A DNA stretch of 64,000 bases from Eimeria praecox (lineage: Eukaryota). Where the stretch lies: assembly GCA_963920595.1 (NCBI GenBank), contig OY986947.1, positions 5,270,001-5,334,000 on the forward strand. Direction: 5' to 3'. This document shows, in pieces, positions 25,388 to 38,500 of the stretch. A model generated the notes under the pieces. It was not told the DNA's origin. It did no database searches and saw only the letters and a list, made by a program, of their open reading frames with translations. Within the stretch, counting starts at the first letter, position 1, and every line of letters begins with the position of its first letter. Both the position numbers and the translations under genes were made by a program.

Positions 25388-26573
25388 CTTGAAAAATCAA
25401 AGTACTGATTTCCCTTGGTGGGTGTCACACTAGCATCGTGCCATTAATGTTGTTGCAGTGTTAAGTGTTGTAATAGACAAGCAGAAGCGGCACGTACACC
25501 TGAAGAGGGCAACCCAGGTGCATTCTGTCGGCTAAGGCTATGCCATAAATAATGAGCAATGAGCTGATTATGCTCTTGTGATTCATTTCAGCAAATTTGT
25601 TTTCCATTTAGTGTTCTACAAAACTTACGTTTCCATTCAACGCGCTAAAGCCGGCACTAACGCAACCACGCTGGCTAGAGCAGTGGGCTTATTCATCATA
25701 TCGACGCAAATAAATTCAAAACCCGAGTTAAATGATCAACATAGCAGCTTATATTCCCCTTTTTTTCCATTTAGATCGGCTAGCGGCCTTCTTTGAAATC
25801 TCCCATCCGGGGAACACATTGTTGCCGCCGCCGAGGAAGGTATGCTCCCCTGCTGGAACATCCCACGTGATTCCTACTTTAAAAATGCGAAACATGATTA
25901 TATTTAACCAAAGCTGTAGCATTGAACGAGGAAGCCTGTGGGTGATGTTGGAAAAGTGCATGATCGGGGCCCCCAACCCGCCCCACAGCCCTGGTGAGCA
26001 TTCTCGATGAGGCATGATCAACATAGAACCTTTCACAGTTCCCTTCCTTTCAGGGGTTTTAGATTAAATTTATTCTTTTTTTCTTGTAATTCTTCACATT
26101 TGTTGGATGGAGCTGGAGGTAGGCCTTGCCAAGCGCTGGTGGCGCTGCACCTTCGTTTAATCCTGCAGCTGTTTCAGCTAACCAGCAACTTCTCTCCAAG
26201 GCCTTTCCCGCCCGTTTAAAAGATATTTGAGAGATAAAAGTTAGGATCAGCTTTTCCTCGGCGTTGCCTCAAATTCCCCCCCTCTTCCCCACTAAGTTAC
26301 GACTAACGTGCGGGAGATCATTGGCAAATTGGAAAGTATTCAACAGCAGATTTCTGCAAGGCGACAACAACAACATCAGCAGCAGCAGTTGCTGTATCTG
26401 GACCAGCTGAGCCGCTGCTATATCGGTGCGGCGGCAGTAGCAGCTGGACGAGCAGTGGATGAAAGGGGCAGCAATGGCGACGGATTGAACCAGATGCTTC
26501 CTCCTTGCCGCTCTAGGGGGGTTGCCTTCGCCTAATTCCTAGGTGTCAGGAAGCGGCTTGGGGGATACTCAAA

Positions 26574-29500
26574 ATGGGGCCCCAGTTCGCTTCCAATCAT
26601 AAGTCTTCCAGCCGTGCGCGGCGCAAGACGAAGTCAACCGTTGATGCCCCAGCAGAGGTACCTACAGCACCAGTATCAACAGCTGCGACAGCAACTAGAG
26701 TACAAGCTGGAGCATCTGTTGCAGCTTCCAATGAAGAACCGTTAGCGGCTCGATCTGCAGCCGCAGCTGCAGCTGCGACGTCATCTGCAGCTGCAGCCCC
26801 AGCGTCAGGTGCAGCAGCGGCATCAAGTGAAGCACCTGACGGGGTTGAAACAAGTGAATCAGCATCATCGTCTATCCAACCTGCAAAGGACTCCATGGCC
26901 GATTCCAGGGTCCCAGGATCAGAATGTTTAGAGGCTCCTAAGCCAGAGGAGGCAGTTACGCCTGACGGGCGTTGCCATCCCGTCTCAGGCGCCAGAAAGA
27001 ACCACACGGGGAGTGTACGCTGGGGGGAAAGCACTTCACTGTTGCCTTTGGTACGAACACCGTTGGCTAGCCGGTTGCTGCAGAAGCTTCTATGGGCTTA
27101 TAACTCCAGAAGGTGGGGCGTGAGGCCCCCTGTTCTGCTGCATGGCTTGCCAGGAAGCGGGAAGTCTTCATATATTCGCTGGTTGGCGCAAATTGTGGGG
27201 GTAGCTAGACCGCCTGTCAGTCTCTTCCTAGACCAACAAACAGAAGCTAAAGAGCTTGTCGGTGGGACAATCACACAAAAGGCGTCGGCCACCAGACAGT
27301 GCGAAAACAGTGAACCTTGTTGCTCACGTCTGTTTCGAATGAGGCGCTGCTGCGGGTAGCGTGGTTTGCACGAAAGTATCTTTAGATTTGTATAGAGGAA
27401 CCTGTGGGGCAGCAATGATTTTGCCAGCTACCAGAAGGAAGAACAACAGCCTCACCACTAATAGTTTGGCGGGGCCTTTGCGCCGTTTTGCTGCTGCGGC
27501 TTTAGGCTCGGGGGGCCGCTAGTTCTAGTTATGTTTCGGGTATATATAGCTGTGTGTGGTGCAGCAATTGTTGCCGCCGTTGATATTGCTGGTGATGCTG
27601 CTGTTGTTGTGCGATGGCTGCAGGGTCTTGGGTATGTGGGCGGCGTGCTGGGGATTTTGAGTGGCAGGAGGGAATCCTGACGCGCTGCGTGCGAGAAGGG
27701 CGATGGATAGTGATAGAGCAGTTGCAGCAGCTGGCGCAGGATGTTCATGCGCTGCTGCACGGCCTCATAGCAACAGGCCGACTTACAGTTCACGAGCAGC
27801 AGCAAGAGCTACGCGTGCACCCAGACTTTGCCCTCTTCGCTACCCTAGCTGCAACCGAGCGCTACGCTCGCAGCAGCAAACGCGGCAAACGAACAGGAGA
27901 AGAAGTAACCGAGGAAGAGACTGCTGAAGGGCTAGGGGACGAGTCTCTTGATGTGGCTTTAACGGCCTCGCCGCCTCCTTTGTCGCCTTTGTTAGAGTCC
28001 TGGGTGTTGCTCCACGTGCCGCCACCGTCAGTTGCAGACATTCAGCAAATCGTTGTCCATTCGTTTCCCGCTGTAGCGCCTGTTGCCGCGAGGCTTCAGA
28101 AAGCCTTCCATGCTGCAGCAGCAGCTGCTGAAGCGGGCCTCGCAAGGCCAGGCCTGCCGCCTCCCAGGGCGGCCCGCCTGCCCCAGCTGAGGGACTTTGT
28201 CAAGCTCTGCAGAAGGCTGCAGACGCTAGCTACTGCCAGCAGCAGCGGTAGCACGAGTATATTTGAGGGGTTTCTCACCGAGCGGTTGAGGCTAAGAATA
28301 GTAGAAGAGGCAGCAACAGTTTTGCTGGGTCATCTAAGTGACAGAAAGCTGCGGCTGCGTGCTACTATGGCATTTGCTGCTTTGTGGGACGTGCATGAAC
28401 AGCAGGTGGAGACGTTGCTGTTCAGTCAGAGGCCAACGCTTCGAGAGACGGCGGAGGCCTTTCATGTGGGGCCGTATTGCCTTCCCAAATTGCATAGTCC
28501 TGAGAGGCCCACCAGTAAAAGCAATGTAGAGGGTGACGACATTCTCGCGTTGGGAGAAGATGCAGGGGAAGCAACAGGAGTAGCGGCAGCTACATCGTCA
28601 CCAGGTGCTGCTGAGGGCTTGGAGGAGCCAGCAGCAGGAGCAGGGCTTCTAACAGGGCAGCAGCTGCGGCTGGTGCAGCAGGCAGGGGGAGCACTGCATG
28701 CGGAGGAGCCCTTGTTATTTGTGGGGGATACCGGGGCAGGCAAGACTTTCATAGTGTCTTACTTAGCGGAACGGCTGGGGAGGGAGCTGGTCGTCGTGAA
28801 TCTCCACCGTCAGAGTGAAGGTGAAGATCTCGTTGGCCGCTGGGTCCCTAGGCATCCACCCCACGAGGTTGCTCACTTGTGGCGCCAGTTGCTGCACAAC
28901 GCGTCGGTGATGTTGGGAACTGCTGCAGAAGAGGAAGGTGCAGAGGCCCGACAAGGCACCAGCGGCGCCGAGGCCCCCAAAGCCAAGAAGCGTAAGCAGC
29001 AGCAACAGCAACACCAGTCAGATTCCAGCCCCATAGAATCCGCGAGGCAGATGATGCTGCGAGTGGGGAGCGGAGGCTCCAGTTTGCTGCAGCGAGAGGC
29101 GTACTTGGCGCTGCTTAGGCTTGCAGCAGCAGCGAACAACGCCCTGCTGCAGCTGCTACGGCGATGCGGCAACATGTTGCCAATTGTCCGTCCCGCGGCG
29201 CAGAAGCAGCAGCAGGAGCAGCAACAAGAGAAGCAGCGAGAGCGCATGACGGCCGGTGAGTTGCTGGCACGTTTTACGGAGCTGCAGGCCTCTTTCGATG
29301 CTCTGTTAGAGGACCCTGCCCTTACCGACTGTAGTGCATCTACACCGAGAAAGTTCGAATCCCTTGTTGACGCCTGTGGCTTGCGAGAATTCTTGCCTGC
29401 TGCCGGTGGGGAGCCAGAGACAGAAGCAATAGCTGCAACAACTGCAGCTGTTGCAGCTTCTGGGGGGGCCCGTAAGCGGAGGAATCAGCTGCACTTCGTG

Positions 29501-32500
29501 TTCACTGAGGGCCCCCTGGTCGAGGCTGTGAGGACGGGGAAGTGGCTGCTGCTCGATGAAATAAATTTGGCACCTCCCGATCTGCTGCAGCGACTACTGG
29601 GGCTGCTGGAGGAGCCTCAGGAGCCGCTGCTCCTGCTCGAAGGGGGCAAACCCCGCCTTGTGTACAGACATCCCGACTTTCGCGTTTTTGCATGCATGAA
29701 CCCTCCCATCCTCGCGCCACCACTCAGGCTGGCGGAGCACAAGTTATCTTTTGAGGACGACGAGGAGCCTCGCGATACGGACGAGACTCTCGAGCAACAG
29801 GAGGAGCAGCACGAGCGAGGGAAACAGGTATCCGCCGACGGTTCTGCTGGCGTGGGGAAGCGGGAACTGCCTGCTGAAGTGCGGCAGCGCTTCACAGAGT
29901 TGTATGTTGATGAGACGGAAGGCCTCGAGGACATCATTACAGTCGTGGATGCCCATTTGCGGCCCTTGAGCGCGGACCCGCCTTCTCGTCTGGTGGCTGA
30001 GGTGTATCTACACCTCAGGTGTCTTGCGGAGGCGGGCCAGCTCCTAGACGGCAACAACAAGACCCCATGCTACTCCCTGCGGACATTATCGCGCTCGCTG
30101 CTGCATGCAGCTGCTGTGGTCAGGCGGCCTGTTCGGCCCTTGCAGCTTCGGGCTGCACTGAAAGATGGTTTTCTTGCTCTGTTCGGCTCTTCGCTGAGCC
30201 CTCACAGCGCCGCGAGAGTTGACAGGGTTTTATCAAAGGCCTTTAAACCTGCTGTTCCCGGGGAGGGCGTTACTCGTCTCCCTGCCAAGGGGACTCCCGC
30301 CGCTCGCGCTGGGCAACAGCAACCGCTTCAGCTGCAGGTGTTGCCGGCAGTACAAGGCGGGGAGGCTTACGTGTCAGTAGAGGGATTTATCATCCGCAGA
30401 GGTCCGGAGCCCCCCTACCAGCGCATGCACGACAGCACCCAACAGGACACACACTTAGGCGCCTATCGATGGGCCTAGGGATGCGCATGCTATGCGGATG
30501 CACATGCATACGAATGCACGTACATGCATTATGTTTATATAGCTATGATGGTACAGACATGGATGCATTTTGTGAAATGTACCTAGTGGGAAAGCGCGTG
30601 GGGGTGTTTGGTTATGCAGCGGGTTTGGGGTATCTGCCTTGTCTTGGTGGTGCGTAGGGGGGGAACCAATCGACGTGGAGGCGCTGAAGAAGAAGTTTGT
30701 GTTGACACCAAGTTCCGAGGTGTACGTACACCGCGTACTACGGCTGTTGAGTGGGAGCCGCTGCGCGCTGCTCCTGGAGGGCCCGACGTCGTGCGGGAAG
30801 ACATCTTTGGTTTCCTTTTTGGCTGCAGCAACGGGCCACAAGTGCATTCGAATCAACAACCATGAGAACACCGACATCCAAGACTACGTGGGCAGCTACA
30901 CCCCTGACGCTGAGGGCCGCCTTGTCTTTGCTGAGGGGCCTCTCACCCTTGCAGTCCGCCTCGGCTGGTGGGTCCTGATAGATGAGCTCAACCTCGCCCC
31001 CTCCGATGTTCTAGAGGGTACGCAACAGATGCCTGCTGCTGCTGGGGATGGTTGTGCTGGTGCTGCTACTGATACCATTACTGGTCTACGACACCAGGCT
31101 AGCAGTTTGAAGATACAGGCACTCGAGCTCCAGAGGTTTGGGGAATGATGGACAAGGAGAATGGCATGGATTGCAACGGGGCGCAGTGTATCGACCATCC
31201 GTGCTGCTTCGTTTGCTGTTGTTTCTGCTGCTGGCGTGGTGTATGCAGCGCTCAATCGTTTGCTCGACAGCAACCGCGAGTTGATTTTGCCTGCAACGGG
31301 GGAGGTTGTGAGTGCGCATAAAGACTTTCAGTTGTTCGGGACACAAAACCCTGCAGGCATCGGGGTGTACGGAGGCCGCAAGGTGCTGAGCAGGGCGCTA
31401 GCGAACCGTTTTCTGCAGTTGCAAATGACGCAGTTCGCAACAGAAGACCTCAGGCAAATTCTGCTTACACGGTGCAGCTTGCCTTCCTCTAGGGTGGAGC
31501 CCATGCTTCGGGTGTACATGGACCTACAACAGCGCCGCGCGAACAGCTCGGTAAGTCTTTTGGCGCTGTTATTGTCTCACCCTTTCGTCCTTGTTTCCTC
31601 ATTTCGCGTCATGTCTTTACATCATATGTTGGAAACCCACATTGCCGGAAGGGGACGGAATGCAGCCGAATGGGGCCTCCGACTGCTACCACTACTGCTT
31701 CTTGGTTTCACTGCTGCAGGTCTTCTTTGGCGCTCACGGCTTTATGACCATCCGTGACCTCGTGAGGTGGGGCCGCCGGGTGGGGAACTCCCCCTTTCAG
31801 CACATGCTGCAGCAGCAAAAGCAGCAGCAAAAGCAGAAGGAGCAAGAACAGCACGAGCAGGTGCAGGAATACGCGCCTATGTCCTTTGAAGAGGTGGCCT
31901 TAGAGGGTTGGCTGCTGGTGGGGGAGAGGCTTCGCACCGAAGAGGACAGAGCAGTTGTCCGTGACTCCTTAGAGCGTCACTGTTTGGGGTCAACAGCAGG
32001 AAAACCCAAATATTTGCAGGTTGATTTTGCTACGGACCCGTATGTCTTGGCCTTCCGCCGCCTGCTGAATAGAAAGGTTCAGGGCTGCTTGCAGCAGCAG
32101 CGAAAAGCAACAGACATGGCAGCAGCAGCAGCGGCAGCCGCCGCACGAGCGGCAGCTGTAAGAGAGGCTCCGGAGGGTAAGCGGAGGGAGGCTGAGGCAG
32201 CAGCAGCAGCAGCAGCATCGGCAGCAGAAGCTGCTGCTGCACCAGAGCTCCCTGCCTTCTTGCCCTTCTCCTTCAACGCTGCCTCCCTCAGGCTCTTAGC
32301 CTTAACGCTGAGGGCCTTGGTGGCGGGAGAAAACATTCTGCTTGTCGGGGACACAGGTGCAGGAAAAACTGCCGTATGTGAGTTGATCGCGTGGACGCTA
32401 CAACAGCAGCCGCACCAGCAACACCACCAACAGAAGGGGCAGCAACAGGAGCAGCAGGGGGAGGAGGCTCTCACAGCACTTGAAAGTGGCCTGCTACAGC

Positions 32501-35500
32501 GTCTCTCTCCTAACGGCATGTATGTTTATAACTGCCACCTCCAGATGGAAGCCTCTGAACTACTCGGCTGCATGAGCCCTGTGCATCAAGGCGAGCTGCT
32601 ACAACAGCAGCAGCATGCTGCTGCGTTACAGCAGCAGATTCTGCAGATGCTCGAGCACCCGCCTCCTCCAGGAGACCAGCTGCCCGACTGTCAGCAGCTG
32701 AGGCAATCTTCAGAAGCAGCAGCAGAAACGACACTAGGAAAAGCATCAACAGTTGTTGCTGAGGGTGGCAAATCGGAGGGGGGGAACGTGAGCGCTAGTG
32801 GCTTGCTGATGCGATTTTACCAGCTGCTGCAGACCGCAGCAGAGGACGTCGTCATCTGTCTCCGAGCGCACAGGGATAGAGGGGGGCTAGAGATGGGGGA
32901 CGAGGACACAAACCTCTTTTTCAGGGCCCTTAGCAAGGCTGCGAGACAGGCGCAACAGATGCTTCAACAGGAAACAGATGAAGCTGCATCAATCGCCTCT
33001 CAGAAGGAGGCACACTGCAGCAAGCAGCTAGAAGCAGCGAAACGTACACTGCAACAAGAGCAAAGCAAACACCAGCAGCTGCTGCTGCAGCTACAAGAGG
33101 AGAAGCAACGGCAGCAGAAACAGCAGCAAGAGCAGCACCAGGCGCTTGAAAAGGCGAAAAGGAAAGAACACGATAGCACTGGCGGCGATGGTGGGACGGA
33201 GCTCACAGAGCAAAGCCACCTGCAGCACCAGCAACTGCAGCAACAGGAAGGCAGGCCGACAGGGAAGAAACGGCGTAAGGGAACTCGGAACCGGGCAGCA
33301 AAGGAGACCCCGCTTGCTGGTGTTCGCCAGGAAGTCGAGGATGCAGCGCAGAAAAGACTCAGGACGATGCCCGCGACAACGGCACCAGCAGATACCGCAA
33401 CAAGTGCCCGGCAGCTGGTTACGGATGCAGCACGTGTTGCACAAGGTGCTGTTCCCAAAGAGGGTTCCGGGGACACGAAGGACGCAGAAGGAGACATCCC
33501 TTCAGCAGCAATAACAACAGAAACTCTGACGGCTGCTGCGGCTGCTGCTGCAGCCGCCGTAGTGTCAGCTGAGGAGACAGTGGCGTCGAGTACATCAGCG
33601 CTTGCTGCTGCTTCCGCTTCGGTTGCTGCTCTGCATGCTGCTGTCGGCGGTGCAGCACCTATGGTGAAGGCCTACACGGAGAAGCTGCTCCAGCGCTGTG
33701 TTGCTTGGCGAGAAGCATGCAAAAGGACGCGTAGTCTATTCTGCTGGAGGGACGGCCCCCTAATCAAGGCGATGAAGGCAGGAGCTATCTTTCTGCTGGA
33801 CGAGGCTTCTTTGGGTCAGGATGCTGTCCTAGAGCGTCTCAACTCCCTTCTGGAGGACGGAAGGCACATCCTTCTCACTGAACAAGGTGCTGCTGCTGCT
33901 TCTGCTGATGCGGGTGGCATCTCGACCTCCGCAGCAACGCAAACAACACAAGGCGCAGCAGCCGCGGTAACAGCAGGAGTGGAGGTTCACGCAGCACCAG
34001 GGTTTCGTTTTATTGCAACAATGAATCCTGGAGGAGACTATGGCAAACGTGAGCTCTCCCCAGCGCTAAGGAACCGACTAACTGAGGTTTATGTACCGGC
34101 ATTCAGCTTCGAGGCACCAGATGCCGCACTGCTTGTGCTGCAGCGGCTCCAGCACACCTGTCTCAGCGGGCTGCAGCTGCCTCATGCAGAGATGGCCCTG
34201 GCGATGGAAGGTTTGCAGTCGGAAGACGATAAGCGGATGAAGCAGGGGCTGCTGCAGCTACTGCAGCAGGAGCAGCCTGACGGATCTAAGCTGGACGCGC
34301 CCCTTTGCTGCCTCGCCATCCGGCTGGTGCTGCTGCTGAGATGGGTGCGGCAGCACATTAAGCAGCCGCTTTCTATCCGTGATGCCTTGTGCTGGGTTTG
34401 TTTTATTCATCGTTTCGTGGCATCTCAGCAGCATACAGATCCAAGCCCAACAGCGGCAGGAACAGCAACGGCAAAAGCTCGGTGGGCGGTGCAGGGCTTG
34501 ATGCACGGAGGCTGCCTGCTGCTCCTAGATGGCCTAGGCGTTGGGGCAGAGATGTGCCTACAGCAGGCGGAGCTGGAGGCTCTGGCGCAGGGCTACTTGG
34601 AGGCCGAAGCAAACTTAGTTAAACTTGCAACAGAGCATGCTGACCAGGTGAAGGAGGAGAAGCTGCAGACGAGGCTGCAACAGTTGCAGCAGGAGGTGCA
34701 GCAGCAGGTTGCAGATGCGGCTGCGCATCCCGCGCGAAGGCCCCACTTGGGAGTTTTGTTACTCCTGAAGACGCATGGATGCGGCCTCTACAGGGACTGG
34801 GGCCTGCACAGATACAATGGCATCCAGCAGCAGCACTGGGAGCAGGAGAAGCAGCAGTACCAGCAGGCGGCAGGCCCGTGCTGGAGTGAGACGTGCAGTG
34901 CCTTTGAGGATGACGGCTTCTCATGGGTGTCTGCTGCCTTGGCTACCCAGGACATTTTTGGGAGAGACAAGCAGGAAGAGAAACTGCAGATCGGACCCTT
35001 CAGCCTTGCGGCTTTCAGGCAGGCAACTGATAAAGAACCAGAAAATACAAACCTGCAACAGGAGCATAACGAACAGCAGACACAGCCCCAGAAGCCGTTA
35101 TATCATATCCCACAGGTCATCCAGTCGCCTTCAGTTCGGAAGTCTCTCGGAAGGCTGCTGCGTTGTTTGCTACTTCTCCAGCAGCAGCCGCAGCAGCCAA
35201 GCGGGTGTCAGGGGAGCAGCTCAGGGAGGCATGCAGTGCTCCTTGAAGGGCCTCCTGGGGCTGGGAAGACTTTCGTTGTGGGGCTGTTGGCACGGTTGTG
35301 CGGGCGACAGCTGGTGCGCATCAATCTCAGTCAGGACACAGAGCTCGCGGATTTGGTGGGAGCTGTTGTTCCTGCAGCAGACCTTGATGACGAAGAAGAC
35401 GCATCTACCACACAGAATCCTCATTCAGAAGTGCAGAGGCCACAAGCAGAATCAGCGGCATCCGGCGCCACGGGACACACACCGACTCCAGCCGTAGAAA

Positions 35501-38500
35501 GGAAGAGACCTCCTTTTGTGTAAGCAGTTTGTTGCGTACGTGCACCCAATGTGTACATACAGTGCTTGCGGCAAGGTGTAGGGCCACGCGGTATACAAGT
35601 GACGACTAATGTTCCCGCTGTCCTTGTTTGGGCCTCCCACGAGGGCTTCTGCACATCTTCAGGGGGCGTTGGAAGCATCGGCCGATGCCGGTGCGGCCGC
35701 TTTGGGATGCATGCTGCATGCAGTTTTGCATGCACCTGCATGCGCTTGTCTGCCGCATGCATCATGTATGGGTGTGCAGAGTGCAGCCTTGAATGCGCGT
35801 TGGAGCAGGCTGCCTGCCTCTCTCTGCACGCACGCGTGTATAATGGATGCATTTATCTTTTTTGCATGTTTTTGCAGGTGGGCAGACGGTGTTTTGACAC
35901 GCAGTTTAAGGGCGGGGCATTGGGTTTTGCTGGATGAGTTGAATTTAGCGCCGCAGCAAACTCTGGAGGGGCTCAATCCTCTCTTAGACCACCGCCGTTG
36001 CATATATCTCCCCACCCCTGAAGACCCTGTAGCCAACGGGACAGGGAAGTGCAGCGGCGAATCTACAGCGAGAGCAGCAGGCGCAAAGACGGATGCCGCG
36101 GTGTACGCACCACCCGGCTTTGTTCTCTTCGCGACGCAGAACCCGCATGCCTCAACAGCCGCAACAGTAGATGCAGGGGGAGCAGCAGGTACAGGAAATG
36201 GCGATGTGCAAGGAGGTGGCTGTGCAAATGAAGAAGAGCTCAAAGATTTGGGAACGGAGGCCATCTTGCGCCAGTTGGGTTTGCCCGCCGATCTGAACGC
36301 GGCACGTGTTGCCCCTGGCTTCGTCTCTAAAGGCAAAGGCAAACGTAGCGACGATGCCGCCGGCCGCAAAGCAGTTGAGGGACGCAAAGGCCTGCCTCAG
36401 TCTCTTCTAAACAGATTCTGCAGAGTCCGCGTAGATGAGATGCTTGAGACGGACATGGTTGACATTGCACACAACCTGCTCACCTGTCTCCAGCAGCAGC
36501 AACAGCACCAAGAGGAGCAGCAACGACAACGAAACCAGGAGCAGCCGCATGAGCAGGCGCAGTGGCCGCCGCGGCAAGCCCGACAGCAGCAGGAGCAGCA
36601 GCAGCGCGAGGGAGAGGAGCGTACTGAGGTCCCTCAAGGTGCCGATCAGCGGTTGCTGAGTGCATGCGTTGTGCGCTGTGTGCGCCTGCTAGCGGAGTTG
36701 GGGGTACAGCGACCTTTCAAAGGCCTCACGGACTCAGTCTACAACCTGAGGGATGCAGTGCGGGTTATAAGACTCTACGCCCACAGAGTAAGTGCTGCTG
36801 CCGTTGCTGCGGTGGCCACGGCTGTTTCTCCGGCTCCGTTGGTGCGGTTGGTGCTTGTTCCCACTGCTTCGGACGCACCTGCTGTCTGTGCAGTTGCTGC
36901 TGCAGCTGCAGTTGCTGCAGAGGCTAGCCGGAGAGTCGGGCGGTGTGCGAACCTGGTGTCTTTCTTCACAGCTGTCTGCTGTCCTGATCTCTTTGTTTTC
37001 AGCTTCCAACTGGGGACCCTCGAGGGGCTATTGCCGTGGCGCTGCTGTCGCGTCTGCGGAGCCGAGAAGACTTGAGAGAAGCATCGTATTTGGCTTCTCT
37101 GTGCTTCCCTCCGAAACTGTTTGAGCTGCTGGAGCAACAGGCTCCTGCACTGCCCCTGCAGGACGGACAACACCAACAGGAGCGAGGTGCAGCTGCCTTA
37201 GAAGCCGTTGCTGCGCTCTTGCGCCCCGAGGTGGCGCCGGCGGCGGTGCTGCATGCAGTGCAGCAGGAGGCGCTGCCGTCGTTAGCGAGTTTCGCTGGTG
37301 CGTTGGAGGGGAGGCAACCCGTGGATCTAATCGTAAGGGGTGGCCATGTTTCCTTTGGAGACATGACGCTGGCCCAACAATCGGCAGCGCCAACAAACGT
37401 GACAGGTCGGGAGGAGCAGGTACAGACAGCACAGCGACATCTGGAAGAGAGGCTATGTGGGTTGCTGTTGCATTCCCAGAGAGTCTGCGTTTCCGCCGTT
37501 GCAGCAGCACTAGCGGCAGGATTTCCTGTGCTGCTTACTGGCGAGAAAGGAGCAGGTGAGGGCCTCTGTGCCTTATCTCTAGCTTTCTGTGTCCTTGTTT
37601 GTGCCGATCGTTTGCTCTTGCCTCCTCTCATCGGCTGTCTGTCTGCCTGGTCGTTACCTCCAGACGTGCGCTTAGGTGCAGCGCTGTCGGGGAAATGCGC
37701 CAATAACATCTTTGTTTTCTTTGGCTTGTGGGCATGCGGATGGTGGAGGGAGACTTTGATGGTGTGGTTACATTGCTGCGTCCTTCTCCGCTGCTGCAGG
37801 CAAGAGCAGCATCGTGAGGTGGCTGGCGGCTGCATGCGGCGCAACAGTGTGCGAGGTGCAGCTAGGGCCATCTGTAGACACTTCAGACCTGCTTGGGGTA
37901 TACAGGCAAATTCAGCCTAAACAGAGACTTCTTCTCGCTGCCGATGCAGCCCAGCAAGTTGCAGACTGTCTGCTGCAGCAGGAGCTACCCCAGCAACATC
38001 AGCATGTACAGCAGCATCAGCAACAATTGAAGGACCTGCGTGCTGCTGTTGAATCAGCGCGGCAGCAGTTGGTAGAGGCAGCGGATTTTGGTGCCATCCG
38101 TGTTTCAGGAACTGGAGAATTTGTGCCGCCCAAGGCGCAGCCGAGGATGCTGCTGCAGCAGATTGCAGCAGCAACAGCAGCATTGCTTGAGGGTTGCGGC
38201 GCGGCTGCTGCGTCCTGGCTGACTCTTAGTGGCAAAGCGACGGCACCAAACGAGGCAACGCATGCACTACTGCAGCGACGCAGCCAGAGGGCCTGGCGGC
38301 TGCTGCAGCAGGGATGCGTTTTGGGCGGCCTACAGCTCGTCGGATCAGCTGCAACAGGAGCAGCAAGGAGTGAAGAGGAGACCTCGCGTTTTGAGTGGAC
38401 AGACAGCGCAGTGGTGGACGCCGTGAGACGCGGGCATTGGCTGCTGCTGCGAAGTGCACATCTGTGCAGCGCCTCCGTTCTAGACAGGCTGAATGCCTTG

